A program made the position numbers and the translations under genes. Positions 30,903-41,531 of a DNA stretch of 64,000 bases are shown in pieces. The notes under the pieces are model-generated. The model saw only the letters and a program-made list of their open reading frames with translations, made no database searches and was not told where the DNA came from. This DNA is from Gammaproteobacteria bacterium. GTDB lineage: Bacteria > Pseudomonadota > Gammaproteobacteria > GCA-002705445 > GCA-002716945. The first letter of the stretch is position 1, and every line of letters starts with the position of its first letter. Where the stretch lies: positions 1 to 64,000 of the forward strand of contig JBJKYD010000016.1 in the NCBI GenBank assembly GCA_045561295.1, given 5' to 3'.

Positions 30903-31940
30903 ATGGAAGAGAATACACAAAAAGCACTAGATTCTGCAATTAGTCAGATAGAAAAAGACCACGGAAAGGGAGCTTTAATGAAACTAGGTGCAGGTTCTGC
31001 TTATCCTGATATTGAATCAATATCAACTGGCTCTCTTACTCTTGATACTGCATTGGGCATAGGTGGCCTTCCGAAAGGGAGAGTAGTTGAAATTTACGGA
31101 CCAGAGTCCTCTGGTAAAACCACTATGGCACTTCAAGTGATTGCTCAAGCGCAAAAACAAGGTGGAACAGCAGCATTTATTGATGCCGAGCATGCTCTTG
31201 ATCCAAAATATGCTGAAAACTTAGGTGTTAATATTGACGAACTACTCTTATCACAGCCTGATTCAGGTGAACAAGCTCTTGAAATTGCAGACACACTAGT
31301 GAGGTCAGGTGCGATCTCAACTCTCGTTATCGACTCTGTAGCCGCTCTAACACCTAAAGCAGAAATCGATGGAGATATGGGTGATTCTCATATGGGGTTG
31401 CAAGCTAGACTAATGTCGCAGGCTTTAAGAAAATTAACAGCTAATATAAAAAAATCAAATACACTTTTAATATTTATTAATCAGATAAGAATGAAAATTG
31501 GAGTAATGTTTGGAAGTCCAGAAACTACTACAGGCGGTAATGCTCTAAAATTTTATTCATCAGTGAGAATGGATATAAGACGAATAGGCGCTATCAAACA
31601 AGGTGATGAAATTATCGGAAATGAAACAAGAGTTAAAGTAGTAAAAAATAAAGTCGCACCACCATTTAAAATTGCTGAATTTGATATTTACTATGGACAG
31701 GGTGTTTCTAAGGAGTCAGAGCTCATTGATCTAGGTGTAAAGCACAATATAGTTGACAAAGCTGGAGCATGGTATAGCTATGGAAGTGAAAGGATTGGAC
31801 AAGGCAAAGAAAATTCTCGAATCTTTTTAAAAGATAATGTTGATATTGCAAGTGAAATTGAAAGTAAAATTATTGCTATAACTCAAGGTAAAGAAGTTGT
31901 AAAAGACACTACCAAGGAAGATGCCGAAGAATCTGAATAG
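30903..31940 (+). CDS. recA: Recombinase A
   Basis: [34 protein letters not shown]. Confidence 0.99.
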   Translation: MEENTQKALDSAISQIEKDHGKGALMKLGAGSAYPDIESISTGSLTLDTALGIGGLPKGRVVEIYGPESSGKTTMALQVIAQAQKQGGTAAFIDAEHALDPKYAENLGVNIDELLLSQPDSGEQALEIADTLVRSGAISTLVIDSVAALTPKAEIDGDMGDSHMGLQARLMSQALRKLTANIKKSNTLLIFINQIRMKIGVMFGSPETTTGGNALKFYSSVRMDIRRIGAIKQGDEIIGNETRVKVVKNKVAPPFKIAEFDIYYGQGVSKESELIDLGVKHNIVDKAGAWYSYGSERIGQGKENSRIFLKDNVDIASEIESKIIAITQGKEVVKDTTKEDAEESE

Positions 31941-32382
31941 TGATATAACTAAACTTATTACAAAATATCTCAGCATTAGAGAGCACTCAAAGTTAGAGCT
32001 ACAGAATAAGCTATCTCAAAAGGGATATGACTTAGATAATATAAGAGATTGTATTGATGAATTTTCTTCAAAAGATATCCAATCTGATATCCGTTTTACT
32101 GAAGAGTTTATAAGGTCTAAATTAAAAAAAAATAAAGGTCCTCGATTAATATCATCCGAACTCGTATCAAGAGGTATTACAGACAGTATAATAAATAAAA
32201 AAATTTCTGAAATATCTTACCAAGAATGGTGTACAGTAGCTTTCCTTGCTCTTAAAAAAAAACTTAATGGATCTTCAGTCTCTATAGAAGATAAAGATAA
32301 AATATATTCTTTTTTAATTAGTCGTGGGTTTGAACATAAAATGATAAAATACGCAATAGATGAACAAAAAGATGAATGTTAA
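31921..32382 (+). CDS. recX: Regulatory protein RecX
   Basis: [29 protein letters not shown]; between recA and alaS. Confidence 0.92.
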   Translation: MPKNLNSDITKLITKYLSIREHSKLELQNKLSQKGYDLDNIRDCIDEFSSKDIQSDIRFTEEFIRSKLKKNKGPRLISSELVSRGITDSIINKKISEISYQEWCTVAFLALKKKLNGSSVSIEDKDKIYSFLISRGFEHKMIKYAIDEQKDEC

Positions 32383-34930
32383 AAAACTATTTATTGATTA
32401 CTTTAAAAGTAAAGGTCATACAGAATATCCATCTAGTTCATTAATACCTAATAACGATAAATCATTATTATTTGTCAATTCTGGGATGGTACAGTTTAAA
32501 GATATATTTCTCGGAAACTTGAAACCTAAGCACAAAACAATTGTAAGTTGTCAAAAGTGTATGCGTGCAGGTGGCAAACATAATGATTTAGATAATATAG
32601 GCTTTACAACCAGGCATCATTCATTTTTTGAAATGTTAGGTAATTTTAGTTTCGGCGACTACTTCAAAGAGGAAGCTATTCATTATGCATGGGATTTTCT
32701 AACGAATGATTTAAAACTTGATAGAAAAAAACTTTATGTTTCTGTTCATGAATCAGATGATGTATCCAAGGATATATGGTTAAACAATATAAAAGTTGAT
32801 CCTGATAAAGTCCTAGTTTTAGGAGACGAGGATAATTTTTGGCAGATGGGAGATACAGGACCATGCGGCCCATGCACAGAAATATATTATGATTTGGGCA
32901 GTAAGTATGATGGAGTTCTTCCTACTGAGGGAGATCCTAAAGACAGATATATAGAAATATGGAACCTTGTTTTCACGCAATATAATAAAACTTCTTCAGG
33001 TAATCTTGAAGAACTTCCTCAAAAATGTGTTGATACAGGAATGGGCTTAGAGAGAGTTCAATCAATTGTTGAGGGTTTATCAGATAATTATGATTCTTCA
33101 ATTTTTCTAGATTTAAATAATTTTATAGATTCAAAACTTAATCTTAAAGTTAAAGAAAAATATGTAAAAAAGATTCTGCTGGATCATATTCGTGCATGTT
33201 GTCATCTTATCGGTGATAATGTTATCCCCGATAGAGAGGGAAGAGGATATGTTTTAAGGCGTATTCTTAGAAGATCTTCACGCTTTATATATAAACATAA
33301 TATTAAAGAGCCGTTCTTATATCAATGTGCAGAAGTTGTATGTGAAAAAAGTAAAGACTTTCCTAGCTTAAAAAAAGATATTATTAAAATTGTAGATACT
33401 ATTAAAACTGAAGAAATTAAATATCTTAAGACTTTAGGTAAAGGAATAGATATTATCGAGAGCCATCTAAAAAAACATGAATCTCTAGATGCTCAAATGA
33501 TATTCACTTTATATGATACCTATGGTTTCCCCTATGAAATAACAGAAGAGATAGCTTCAGAGAAAAATATTACACTTGATAAAAAGGGCTATGATAATCT
33601 TATGTTAGAGCAAAAAAATAAAGCAAGAAAAAGTAAATCTTTTTCTGATAAATCAATTAGTAATTTGACGACAAGCCACACAACAGAATTTTTAGGCTAC
33701 AACAAAAATAATCATGAAGGTATTTTAATAGATCTGTATCTTGATAATAAAAAAGTCACAAAAGCATCCAATGTAAATGAAGAATACTTATTGGTTCTAT
33801 CACACACTACATTTTATCCTGAGGGAGGAGGGCAAATATCTGATATAGGAACTATTTCTTCTAGTAAATGTTTATTTGAAGTTATAGATGTCCAAAAAAT
33901 CAATGACACAATTATTCATGTGTGTAATTTACTCTCAGGTGAAGCGAACATTAAAGATAAACTTATAACCAGTTTTGATGATAATCATAGGAGCAAGGTA
34001 ACCTCCAATCATTCATCTACTCATTTATTACATCATTATCTTAGGAAAACATTAGGAATACATGTTCAACAAAGAGGTTCATCTGTTACTGACAAAGGTT
34101 TTCGGTTCGATTTTACTCATAATAAACCTCTAAGTGAAAAAGAGTTAAATGATATAGAGGTCTCAGTAAATGAAGAAATTTCTCTATCTAGTGAAACCCA
34201 AAGTAAGGTATTACCATTTGATAAAGCTATAGAGTCCGGTGCATTAGCATTTTTTGATGAGAAATATGATGACAATGTTCGTGTAATAAGTATCGGTACG
34301 GACTCTGTTGAACTTTGTGGTGGAACTCATGTTAAAAGTACATCTGAAATAGGAGTATTCAAAATCATTAATCAATCTAGTGTAGCTAATGGTGTTAGAA
34401 GAGTTGAGTGTGTCACAGGCCCAACTGTACTCTCTTATTTTAATCATAATCTCTCTATACTCAATAACATCTATAAAGACCTTCAGGCTACATCTGATAA
34501 TGTTTTGAATAAACTTAACTTTCTCAGAGATGAAAATAAGAATCTTAAGAAAAAAAATAGTATTTATTCTAAAGATTATCTGACTAACTTATTAGGCTCA
34601 TATAAACCTATTACCACCAAAGATGGAATTATAATTTTTATTGAATCATTAAAGGATATTGATACTAATGAAATCAAACTTTTATCTGATATAGCAAAAT
34701 CAAAAAATGATAAATGTATTTCTTTTTTCATTGTACCGTCACCTGAAAATTTAAACTGCTATATTTCAGTTTCTAAAAATATTATTTCTAGCTATAATGC
34801 GAAAAAATTATCAAAGATGATTAATGATAAATTTTCCGGTAAAGGCGGTGGCAGTGATACTTTTGCAACAAGCATTTTGAGTAATTGTAAAAGTGAATCT
34901 GTTAAAAAATATATAAAAGAAACAGTTTAA
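32360..34930 (+). CDS. alaS: Alanine-tRNA ligase
   Basis: NSGMVQFK, RHHSFFEMLGNFSFGDYFK, DTGMGLER, editing HSSTH and ELCGGTH; start may be 32372. Confidence 0.99.
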   Translation: MNKKMNVKKLFIDYFKSKGHTEYPSSSLIPNNDKSLLFVNSGMVQFKDIFLGNLKPKHKTIVSCQKCMRAGGKHNDLDNIGFTTRHHSFFEMLGNFSFGDYFKEEAIHYAWDFLTNDLKLDRKKLYVSVHESDDVSKDIWLNNIKVDPDKVLVLGDEDNFWQMGDTGPCGPCTEIYYDLGSKYDGVLPTEGDPKDRYIEIWNLVFTQYNKTSSGNLEELPQKCVDTGMGLERVQSIVEGLSDNYDSSIFLDLNNFIDSKLNLKVKEKYVKKILLDHIRACCHLIGDNVIPDREGRGYVLRRILRRSSRFIYKHNIKEPFLYQCAEVVCEKSKDFPSLKKDIIKIVDTIKTEEIKYLKTLGKGIDIIESHLKKHESLDAQMIFTLYDTYGFPYEITEEIASEKNITLDKKGYDNLMLEQKNKARKSKSFSDKSISNLTTSHTTEFLGYNKNNHEGILIDLYLDNKKVTKASNVNEEYLLVLSHTTFYPEGGGQISDIGTISSSKCLFEVIDVQKINDTIIHVCNLLSGEANIKDKLITSFDDNHRSKVTSNHSSTHLLHHYLRKTLGIHVQQRGSSVTDKGFRFDFTHNKPLSEKELNDIEVSVNEEISLSSETQSKVLPFDKAIESGALAFFDEKYDDNVRVISIGTDSVELCGGTHVKSTSEIGVFKIINQSSVANGVRRVECVTGPTVLSYFNHNLSILNNIYKDLQATSDNVLNKLNFLRDENKNLKKKNSIYSKDYLTNLLGSYKPITTKDGIIIFIESLKDIDTNEIKLLSDIAKSKNDKCISFFIVPSPENLNCYISVSKNIISSYNAKKLSKMINDKFSGKGGGSDTFATSILSNCKSESVKKYIKETV

Positions 34931-36141
34931 TGAAATTGATTGTAAAAAAATATGGTGGGACTTCCGTTGCCACTCCAACTAAAATAAAGAATATTGCAAA
35001 AAAAATTGCAGAAGAGTCTGATAGCAATAGACTAGTAATTGTTTTGTCAGCTATGGGGAAAACAACTGACAATCTAGTTTCACTAGCTAAAAAATGTTCA
35101 AAAAATCCTAATTTAATTGATTATGATTTACTTGTTTCATCTGGTGAGCAAATAAGTATCTCGTTATTGTCCATGGCTCTCAAAGACCTAGGCAAAGATT
35201 CAGTTGCGTATACTGGTTGGCAGGCTGGTATTAAAACAAATAATGCGCATTCAACTGCAAGAATATTAGGTATAAATGCAAATAAGATAAAACAAGATCT
35301 TAAAATGAAAAAAATTGTAGTCATTGCTGGTTTCCAAGGTGTGAATAACGGCTCAATAACTACATTAGGAAGAGGTGGGTCAGACACATCAGCTGTAGCT
35401 ATTGCGGCAGCCTTGAATGCCTCTGAATGCCAAATATTTACAGATGTAGATGGTGTATATACAACTGATCCCAGGGTATGTGAGACCGCAAGAAAAATTG
35501 ACAATGTAACCTACGAGGAAATGCTTGAAATGTCTGGACTGGGTTCTAAGGTTTTACAATTAAGAGCAGTTGAGTTTGCAAGTAAATATAATGTACCATT
35601 ACGTGTCATGCATGCTCACAAAGATGGTGAAGGCACATTAATTAAAAAAGAGGAGAAAAACGTGGAAGATGCATTGATATCGGGAATAGCATTCGCAAAA
35701 GATGAGTCTGAAATCATGATTAGAGGTGTTAAGGATTCACCTGGTATAGCTGCTTCTATATTGGGTCCCATTGGCGAGGCTGATATCGAGGTAGACATGA
35801 TAGTACAAAACGTAGGGTCTGACGGACTTGCAGATTTTACATTCACTGTAAGTAGAAAAGATTTTAATAAAGCTATACAAACTATTGAAAAAAATAAGAA
35901 AAAAATGAACTATCAAGAAGTATCTGCAACTAAAAATATAGTTAAAGTATCTTTAATAGGGGTAGGAATGAGATCACATGCAGGTATTGCAGGACAAATG
36001 TTTACGTGTCTTGCTAAGAAAAAGATCAATATTCGTATGATTTCCACTTCAGAAATTAAAATTTCTGTGGTTATTGATCAAAAAAACCTAGAAAACGCTG
36101 TAAAGGCGTTACATAATGAATTTAAGCTAGAAAGGAAATAA
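34930..36141 (+). CDS. lysC: Aspartate kinase
   Basis: [27 protein letters not shown]; two ACT domains. Confidence 0.97.
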   Translation: MKLIVKKYGGTSVATPTKIKNIAKKIAEESDSNRLVIVLSAMGKTTDNLVSLAKKCSKNPNLIDYDLLVSSGEQISISLLSMALKDLGKDSVAYTGWQAGIKTNNAHSTARILGINANKIKQDLKMKKIVVIAGFQGVNNGSITTLGRGGSDTSAVAIAAALNASECQIFTDVDGVYTTDPRVCETARKIDNVTYEEMLEMSGLGSKVLQLRAVEFASKYNVPLRVMHAHKDGEGTLIKKEEKNVEDALISGIAFAKDESEIMIRGVKDSPGIAASILGPIGEADIEVDMIVQNVGSDGLADFTFTVSRKDFNKAIQTIEKNKKKMNYQEVSATKNIVKVSLIGVGMRSHAGIAGQMFTCLAKKKINIRMISTSEIKISVVIDQKNLENAVKALHNEFKLERK

Positions 36142-36167
36142 TCTGGCTGCATAAAGGAGGGGGTACC

Positions 36168-36353
36168 ATGCTTATATTAACTAGGCGTGTAGGAGAGGCT
36201 TTAATGGTTGGTGATGATACCAAGATTGTTGTTTTAGGGGTGAAAGGCAGTCAAATAAGATTGGGTATAAATGCACCAAAAGACGTTAAAGTTCATAGAG
36301 AAGAAATCTACGAGAAAATAAACGAAGAATCTTCTGAAACTGCTGCAAAGTAA
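36168..36353 (+). CDS. csrA: Carbon storage regulator
   Basis: [10 protein letters not shown]...VHREEIY; AAGGAGG SD. Confidence 0.98.
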   Translation: MLILTRRVGEALMVGDDTKIVVLGVKGSQIRLGINAPKDVKVHREEIYEKINEESSETAAK

Positions 36354-36368
36354 TCATCAGATATACAC

Positions 36369-36457
36369 GGAGAAGTGGCTGAGTGGCTGAAAGCGGCACC
36401 CTGCTAAGGTGTTATAGGGTTTAATCCCTATCGAGGGTTCGAATCCCTCCTTCTCCA
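36369..36457 (+). tRNA. tRNA-Ser(GCT), CCA not encoded
   Basis: Acceptor GGAGAAG/CTTCTCC, anticodon arm GCACC-CTGCTAA-GGTGT, long variable arm, T-loop GTTCGAATC; usual position after csrA. Confidence 0.96.
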
Positions 36458-36463
36458 GATATT

Positions 36464-37867
36464 TTATTTTTCAGAAGACAGCTCTTTAAATGCACTTAAT
36501 GCTCTGTCCCTTGTTATTGATAAATCAACGATTGGAGAAGGATAATCCTCACCTAATATTAGACCGTAGTTTTTTAAAGTTTCTGCATCATAATCTGATG
36601 GCATATGTATGATATTACTAGGAATATCTTTGAGTTCACGAACATATTTTTTGATATAGTCACCGTTAGGATCAAATTTTTTACTTTGCGTTACTGGATT
36701 AAATATCCTGAAATATGGCGCAGCATCTGCTCCAGTACCGGCAACCCATTGCCAACTTGCGCTGTTGCTTGCAATATCGGCATCTACAAGTGTATCCCAA
36801 AACCATTCCTGACCGTATTTCCAATGGGTCATTAGGTTCTTAACCAAAAAAGATCCTACTATCATACGTACTCTATTATGCATATAGCCTGTTTCATATA
36901 GCTGCCTCATACCCGCATCAATTATTGGGTAACCAGTCATACCTTTTTGCCAAAGCTTAAGATGATTCTGATTATCGAGCCATTTAAAATTATTAAACTT
37001 CTTTTGAAGATTTGTGTCCACCAAATGAGGGAAGTGATAGAGCAAATGATAGGAGAATTCTCTCCAAACAAGTTCTTTATAAAAAATCTCAGCATCTTCT
37101 GTATTTATATTCTCTATAGATTTAGCAACTTCTCTAATTGAGATTTCACCAAACCGTATATGTGGTGATAACATTGATGTATGTTGCTTATCAGGCCTGT
37201 TTCTACCTTCTGAGTATCCATTTATACCATTTGATAGAAATATTTTTAATTTTTCCTGAGCGCCAGCTTCACCAGGAGACCATTTATCAAGCAGTTTTTC
37301 ATGCCATTTCTCTGTTCTTATAGCCACATCCAAAATTTTTGATATTTGCTTTTTATCATCACAATCAATATAGTCAATTTCCTCGGTATTATAATCAAAT
37401 AATTCATACGCCATGCCTTGATATTGTTGCTTATAAAATGGGGTATAAACTTTAAATGGAGTGGAATCTTTTTTGAGAGTATTCTGTGGATTTTTTAGTA
37501 AGCATGAGTGAAAGGTTATACACTCAACTCCATGATTTTTAATGATATTTATAATTTCATTGTCTTGAGTTCTATCATCTTTTGAATAACGCTCATTCCA
37601 AAGAATCTCTTTGATGCTATTCTTATTCACTAAGTCTAGGAGTATCTTGCTGGGTTCGCCTTCAATTATCATCAGGTTACCTTTTAGAGAATTATTCAGT
37701 GATATTAGGCTGTTTTTAAGCCACCACTTGCTTGCAGACCCTAATGAAGTTGAGGGGTCATAAATATAGACAGGAAGGACTTTTCTTTTATTTTCCAAAG
37801 AGTAATTTATGACTGCATTATCAGTTATCCTGAGATCATTCCTAAACCAAATGATACTGTTTACCAT
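36464..37867 (-). CDS. phr: Deoxyribodipyrimidine (CPD) photolyase, class I/III-like
   Basis: WFRNDLR, SMLSPHIRFGEIS, TGYPIIDAGMRQL, MHNRVRM, WQWVAGTGADAAPYFRIFNP. Confidence 0.93.
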   Translation of the reverse strand: MVNSIIWFRNDLRITDNAVINYSLENKRKVLPVYIYDPSTSLGSASKWWLKNSLISLNNSLKGNLMIIEGEPSKILLDLVNKNSIKEILWNERYSKDDRTQDNEIINIIKNHGVECITFHSCLLKNPQNTLKKDSTPFKVYTPFYKQQYQGMAYELFDYNTEEIDYIDCDDKKQISKILDVAIRTEKWHEKLLDKWSPGEAGAQEKLKIFLSNGINGYSEGRNRPDKQHTSMLSPHIRFGEISIREVAKSIENINTEDAEIFYKELVWREFSYHLLYHFPHLVDTNLQKKFNNFKWLDNQNHLKLWQKGMTGYPIIDAGMRQLYETGYMHNRVRMIVGSFLVKNLMTHWKYGQEWFWDTLVDADIASNSASWQWVAGTGADAAPYFRIFNPVTQSKKFDPNGDYIKKYVRELKDIPSNIIHMPSDYDAETLKNYGLILGEDYPSPIVDLSITRDRALSAFKELSSEK

Positions 37868-37972
37868 AAATATTCTCCCTGATTAAATACTCGTAAATCA
37901 TTTACTAAAAATAAAGATTATCAAAGCTACTAAGGATTATCACCTATTTTATCGTTAGGTGTATAATAAGAT

Positions 37973-38905
37973 ATGAGTATAAGTTTAGAATATTTAGCAT
38001 TAATCATTCTCGTATCTATAAATCTCTATCTGCTGTTTAAGATAATTAAAAATACTAAAGAAAATAATAATTTATCCAATAATTATGATAATTCACTTGA
38101 GAATTTGAAAGATTCAATTAAACAATTAGAGCAGACAACAAGTAAGAGCTCAGACAATATGAATGAAATGTATACTTTGCTCACAAAAGGAGGGTCTGTT
38201 GCAGGTAAATTTGGTGAAATTAATTTAAAAGTTATACTTGAGAGTGCTGGATTTAAAAAGGGTGTGAATTATGATGAGCAGAAGGGTATAGGTGGATCTA
38301 TACCAGACATAATTGTTAAATTGCCAGATGGCAAGAAAGTAGTTATTGATTCTAAAGTTTCCTTATCTGATTATAATGAGTATCTGAATGCAAATGATCA
38401 AATAAATAAAGATAACTTCTATAAAAAGCACCAAAATTCTGTTAAAAATCACATAAAGTCATTAACTTCTTCTAACTATAGAAATCTATTCAATGATGAA
38501 TCTCTTGATCTTATAGTAATGTTTATGCCCATTGAAGGAGCCTACATCCTTGCTTGCGATGAAGACATGATCAAAAAAGCTGCCAATGAAAAAATTGCCA
38601 TTGTTGGACCCACAACTTTAATTGCTATTTTGCAGATAATTTCAAGAATATGGAGTAGTAAAAGACAATCAGAAGCTACAAACCTTATTATATCAGCTGC
38701 TACTGAAATCTATGATAAAACAAGATTAGTTGGCGATGCTTTTGAGGATTTTGAAAAATCTCTAGAGCAAGCGAATAAATCTATTGCTTCAGGTAAAACA
38801 AGAACTAAAAACCTTGTTTCCAAAGTTGAGAAAATGCGTACAATAGGTGGCTTAGAACCTACTAAGGATATCTCTGATAAACTTAGAGTCATAGATAAAG
38901 AATAA
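37973..38905 (+). CDS. rmuC: DNA recombination protein RmuC (short form)
   Basis: GKFGE, PDIIVKLP, IDSKVSL, MFMPIEG, GPTTL. Confidence 0.9.
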   Translation: MSISLEYLALIILVSINLYLLFKIIKNTKENNNLSNNYDNSLENLKDSIKQLEQTTSKSSDNMNEMYTLLTKGGSVAGKFGEINLKVILESAGFKKGVNYDEQKGIGGSIPDIIVKLPDGKKVVIDSKVSLSDYNEYLNANDQINKDNFYKKHQNSVKNHIKSLTSSNYRNLFNDESLDLIVMFMPIEGAYILACDEDMIKKAANEKIAIVGPTTLIAILQIISRIWSSKRQSEATNLIISAATEIYDKTRLVGDAFEDFEKSLEQANKSIASGKTRTKNLVSKVEKMRTIGGLEPTKDISDKLRVIDKE

Positions 38906-38906
38906 T

Positions 38907-38979
38907 GCGCCTGTAGCTCAGGGGATAGAGCAATGGTTTTCTAAACCATCGGTCGGAGGTTCGAATCCTTCCAGGCGTG
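38907..38979 (+). tRNA. tRNA-Arg(TCT), CCA not encoded
   Basis: Acceptor GCGCCTG/CAGGCGT, D-arm GCTC/GAGC, anticodon arm ATGGT-TTTCTAA-ACCAT, T-loop GTTCGAATC. Confidence 0.95.
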
Positions 38980-39052
38980 TTTTCACTATCAACTTACATT
39001 TTAATTGTTTGCAACTTATGAGAATATATACAACAGACATCGGAGGTCATAT

Positions 39053-39448
39053 ATGGGTATAAATCCAATTATAATTATTATTTCTATATGGAGCGGAACT
39101 ATAATTTTCTTTTCTGCAGTAGTTGCCCCTACTGTATTCAAATCGCTAGATGAGAGAGAAGCAGGAGTCTTTTTGAGAGCATTTTTTCCTAAATATTATA
39201 TTTTTGGTATTGTTCTCGGCATCGTATCCATAATTTATTTATTATTTAATCCAGTACACAGTCATTTGTTATACTCGATCATATCGATGACTGTTTTAAC
39301 TATCCTTGGAAGAATGTCTATACCAATTATAAATAAAGCAAGAGACACAAATAATGAACAAGCGTTCAAAAGGTATCATTTAATCAGTGTAATGATGAAT
39401 GTGCTCACTCTCGTTATAGGAATTATTATCCTTGGAATGCTTCTATAA
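39053..39448 (+). CDS. DUF4149/TMEM205-like membrane protein
   Basis: FFSAVVAPTVFK, AG.FLR.FFPKYY, FKRYH..SV; GGAGGT SD before ATG 39053. Confidence 0.78.
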   Translation: MGINPIIIIISIWSGTIIFFSAVVAPTVFKSLDEREAGVFLRAFFPKYYIFGIVLGIVSIIYLLFNPVHSHLLYSIISMTVLTILGRMSIPIINKARDTNNEQAFKRYHLISVMMNVLTLVIGIIILGMLL

Positions 39449-40303
39449 ATGCCATATAAAACAATAATATCTGAAGAAGATCTAAAAAATAATATAGATA
39501 ATAAAGACTTTATTATTTTTGATTCACGCTGTGATATTAAGGATAGAGGTTATGGAATTGATTCTTATACCGAGGGTCATATTCCAAATTCTATTTTCGT
39601 AGATGTCGACACTGATTTAGCGAGTGAAAAACAGCCAGGTACTGGTCGTCATCCATTACCCAATGTTGAGACATTTTGTGACAAGTTATCACACTGGGGT
39701 ATGGATAATAATAAACAAGCTGTTATTTATGATGATGCCGGAGGAGCCTTTGCTGGACGCATGTGGTGGATGTTAAAATGGCTAGGGCATGAAAATGTCG
39801 CAGTTTTGGATGGAGGTTTAAATTCATGGGTAAAAAACGGAAATAGACTTGTTACATCTCCTACTTTATTTGAAAAATCATATTTCGAACCTAAGATAAA
39901 CAACGAAATGATTGCAACATTGAGAGATGTTGAAAATGCACAACATGTTTTAAATACAATATTACTTGATGCAAGATCGAAAGAAAGATACGAGGGTATA
40001 AGCGACCCTGTAGATCCTATTGCTGGACACGTTCCTGGAGCAATTTCTCACCCCTTGGGAACAAACCTAGATAGAACAGCTAAATTTAAAGATAAAGAAG
40101 AGCTCATACATACCTTTAATAAGATCGCTCACGATCTGAAAGAAAAAGAGATTATATCAATGTGCGGATCTGGTATTACAGCGTGTCATAATATTTTAGC
40201 ACTTGAGATTGCAGGTATAAAAAATGCGAAACTGTATGTGGGGTCTTGGAGTGAATGGATTACAGATCCAAATCGCACAGTTGTAACAATTAAGCCTAGC
40301 TAA
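39449..40303 (+). CDS. sseA: Two-domain sulfurtransferase (SseA/3-mercaptopyruvate type)
   Basis: GHIPN, GRHPLP, LDGG, GHVPGA, active-site CGSGITA, YVGSWSEW. Confidence 0.9.
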   Translation: MPYKTIISEEDLKNNIDNKDFIIFDSRCDIKDRGYGIDSYTEGHIPNSIFVDVDTDLASEKQPGTGRHPLPNVETFCDKLSHWGMDNNKQAVIYDDAGGAFAGRMWWMLKWLGHENVAVLDGGLNSWVKNGNRLVTSPTLFEKSYFEPKINNEMIATLRDVENAQHVLNTILLDARSKERYEGISDPVDPIAGHVPGAISHPLGTNLDRTAKFKDKEELIHTFNKIAHDLKEKEIISMCGSGITACHNILALEIAGIKNAKLYVGSWSEWITDPNRTVVTIKPS

Positions 40304-41504
40304 CTTTCTTGTAATTTTTAGCTATATATTCTTCGATTAAGGCTATGAATTCATCCTTGATGCTATCACCTTTTAGTGTTGTTACTTTTTCGCCATCAAC
40401 AAAAACAGGTGCGCTAGGGGATTCATTCGTTCCTGGCAGACTTATGCCTATGTTTGCATGCTTTGATTCACCTGGACCGTTTACTATGCAGCCCATAACT
40501 GCAATATTTATTTCCTCAACACCAATATATTTAGATTTCCACTCTATCATACTGTTATTTATATGATTATTTATATCTTTCGTCAAATCTATAAAATAGT
40601 TACTAGACGTTCTTCCGCAGCCTGGGCAAGAGATTACCTTAGGTTTATATTGTTGAAGCTTAAGGCTAGATAGAATATTTCTACAAACTTCAACTTCTTT
40701 AGTCCTTACGCCCATCTTATCAGGAGTAAGAGAAACCCTGATCGTATCCCCAATACCCTGATTAAGTAAAATAGATAATGCTGCAACCGATGAGACAACG
40801 GCTTCATCACCCATCCCGGCTTCAGTTAAGCCTAAATGAAGTGGATATTTACATTTTGAAGCTATCTCAGTGTAAACATCTATAAGTTGAGGCACAGATG
40901 ACACCTTACATGACAAAATAATCTTGTCAGACGATAACCCTAGTTTTTCAGCATAACTTGCAGATTTAAGAACAGAATCTATCAAACCTTTTTTAATGAT
41001 ATGTTCATAATCATCCGCTTTTTGACCTTCAATAATAGTATTCTCAAGATATTGTTTACTTAAGCTGCCCCAATTACCGCCTATACGTATAGGTTTGTCA
41101 TTTTTGATGGCAATTTCTATAATTTTTGCAAAATTGTCATCATATTTACTAGACGTTCCAATATTTCCAGGATTCAGTCTATATTTATCCAAGACATTAG
41201 CAGCTTCAGGATAATCAGATAGAAGTATGTGAGCGTTATAGTGAAAATCTCCAATGATAGGTAGATTATAATTAGATTTAATTAGTAAGTTTCTGATATT
41301 TATTATATTTTCAGCACTTTTTTCATTATTTACAGTCACTCTTACTAGTTCAGACCCAGCATCGAATAGTGACTTTATCTGATCTACTGTTGCGGAGGCA
41401 TCTTCTGTAGGCGTATTAGTCATAGATTGAATACGAATAGGATTTGAAGACCCAATAACTACACCGCCAACATCAACATTATATGTATCTCGTCTTTTAA
41501 TCAT
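40296..41504 (-). CDS. ispG: HMBPP synthase
   Basis: IQSMTNT, DFHYN, RLNPGN, HLGLTEAG, CPGCGRT, MGCIVNGPGE. Confidence 0.97.
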   Translation of the reverse strand: MIKRRDTYNVDVGGVVIGSSNPIRIQSMTNTPTEDASATVDQIKSLFDAGSELVRVTVNNEKSAENIINIRNLLIKSNYNLPIIGDFHYNAHILLSDYPEAANVLDKYRLNPGNIGTSSKYDDNFAKIIEIAIKNDKPIRIGGNWGSLSKQYLENTIIEGQKADDYEHIIKKGLIDSVLKSASYAEKLGLSSDKIILSCKVSSVPQLIDVYTEIASKCKYPLHLGLTEAGMGDEAVVSSVAALSILLNQGIGDTIRVSLTPDKMGVRTKEVEVCRNILSSLKLQQYKPKVISCPGCGRTSSNYFIDLTKDINNHINNSMIEWKSKYIGVEEINIAVMGCIVNGPGESKHANIGISLPGTNESPSAPVFVDGEKVTTLKGDSIKDEFIALIEEYIAKNYKKVS

Positions 41505-41531
41505 TAATGGTATTATAGTGAATAGTTATTC

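Noticed and set aside
36369-39050. Genomic island integrated at tRNA-Ser or tRNA-Arg
   Set aside because: No integrase and no duplicated tRNA 3' end seen; the intervening phr and rmuC look native
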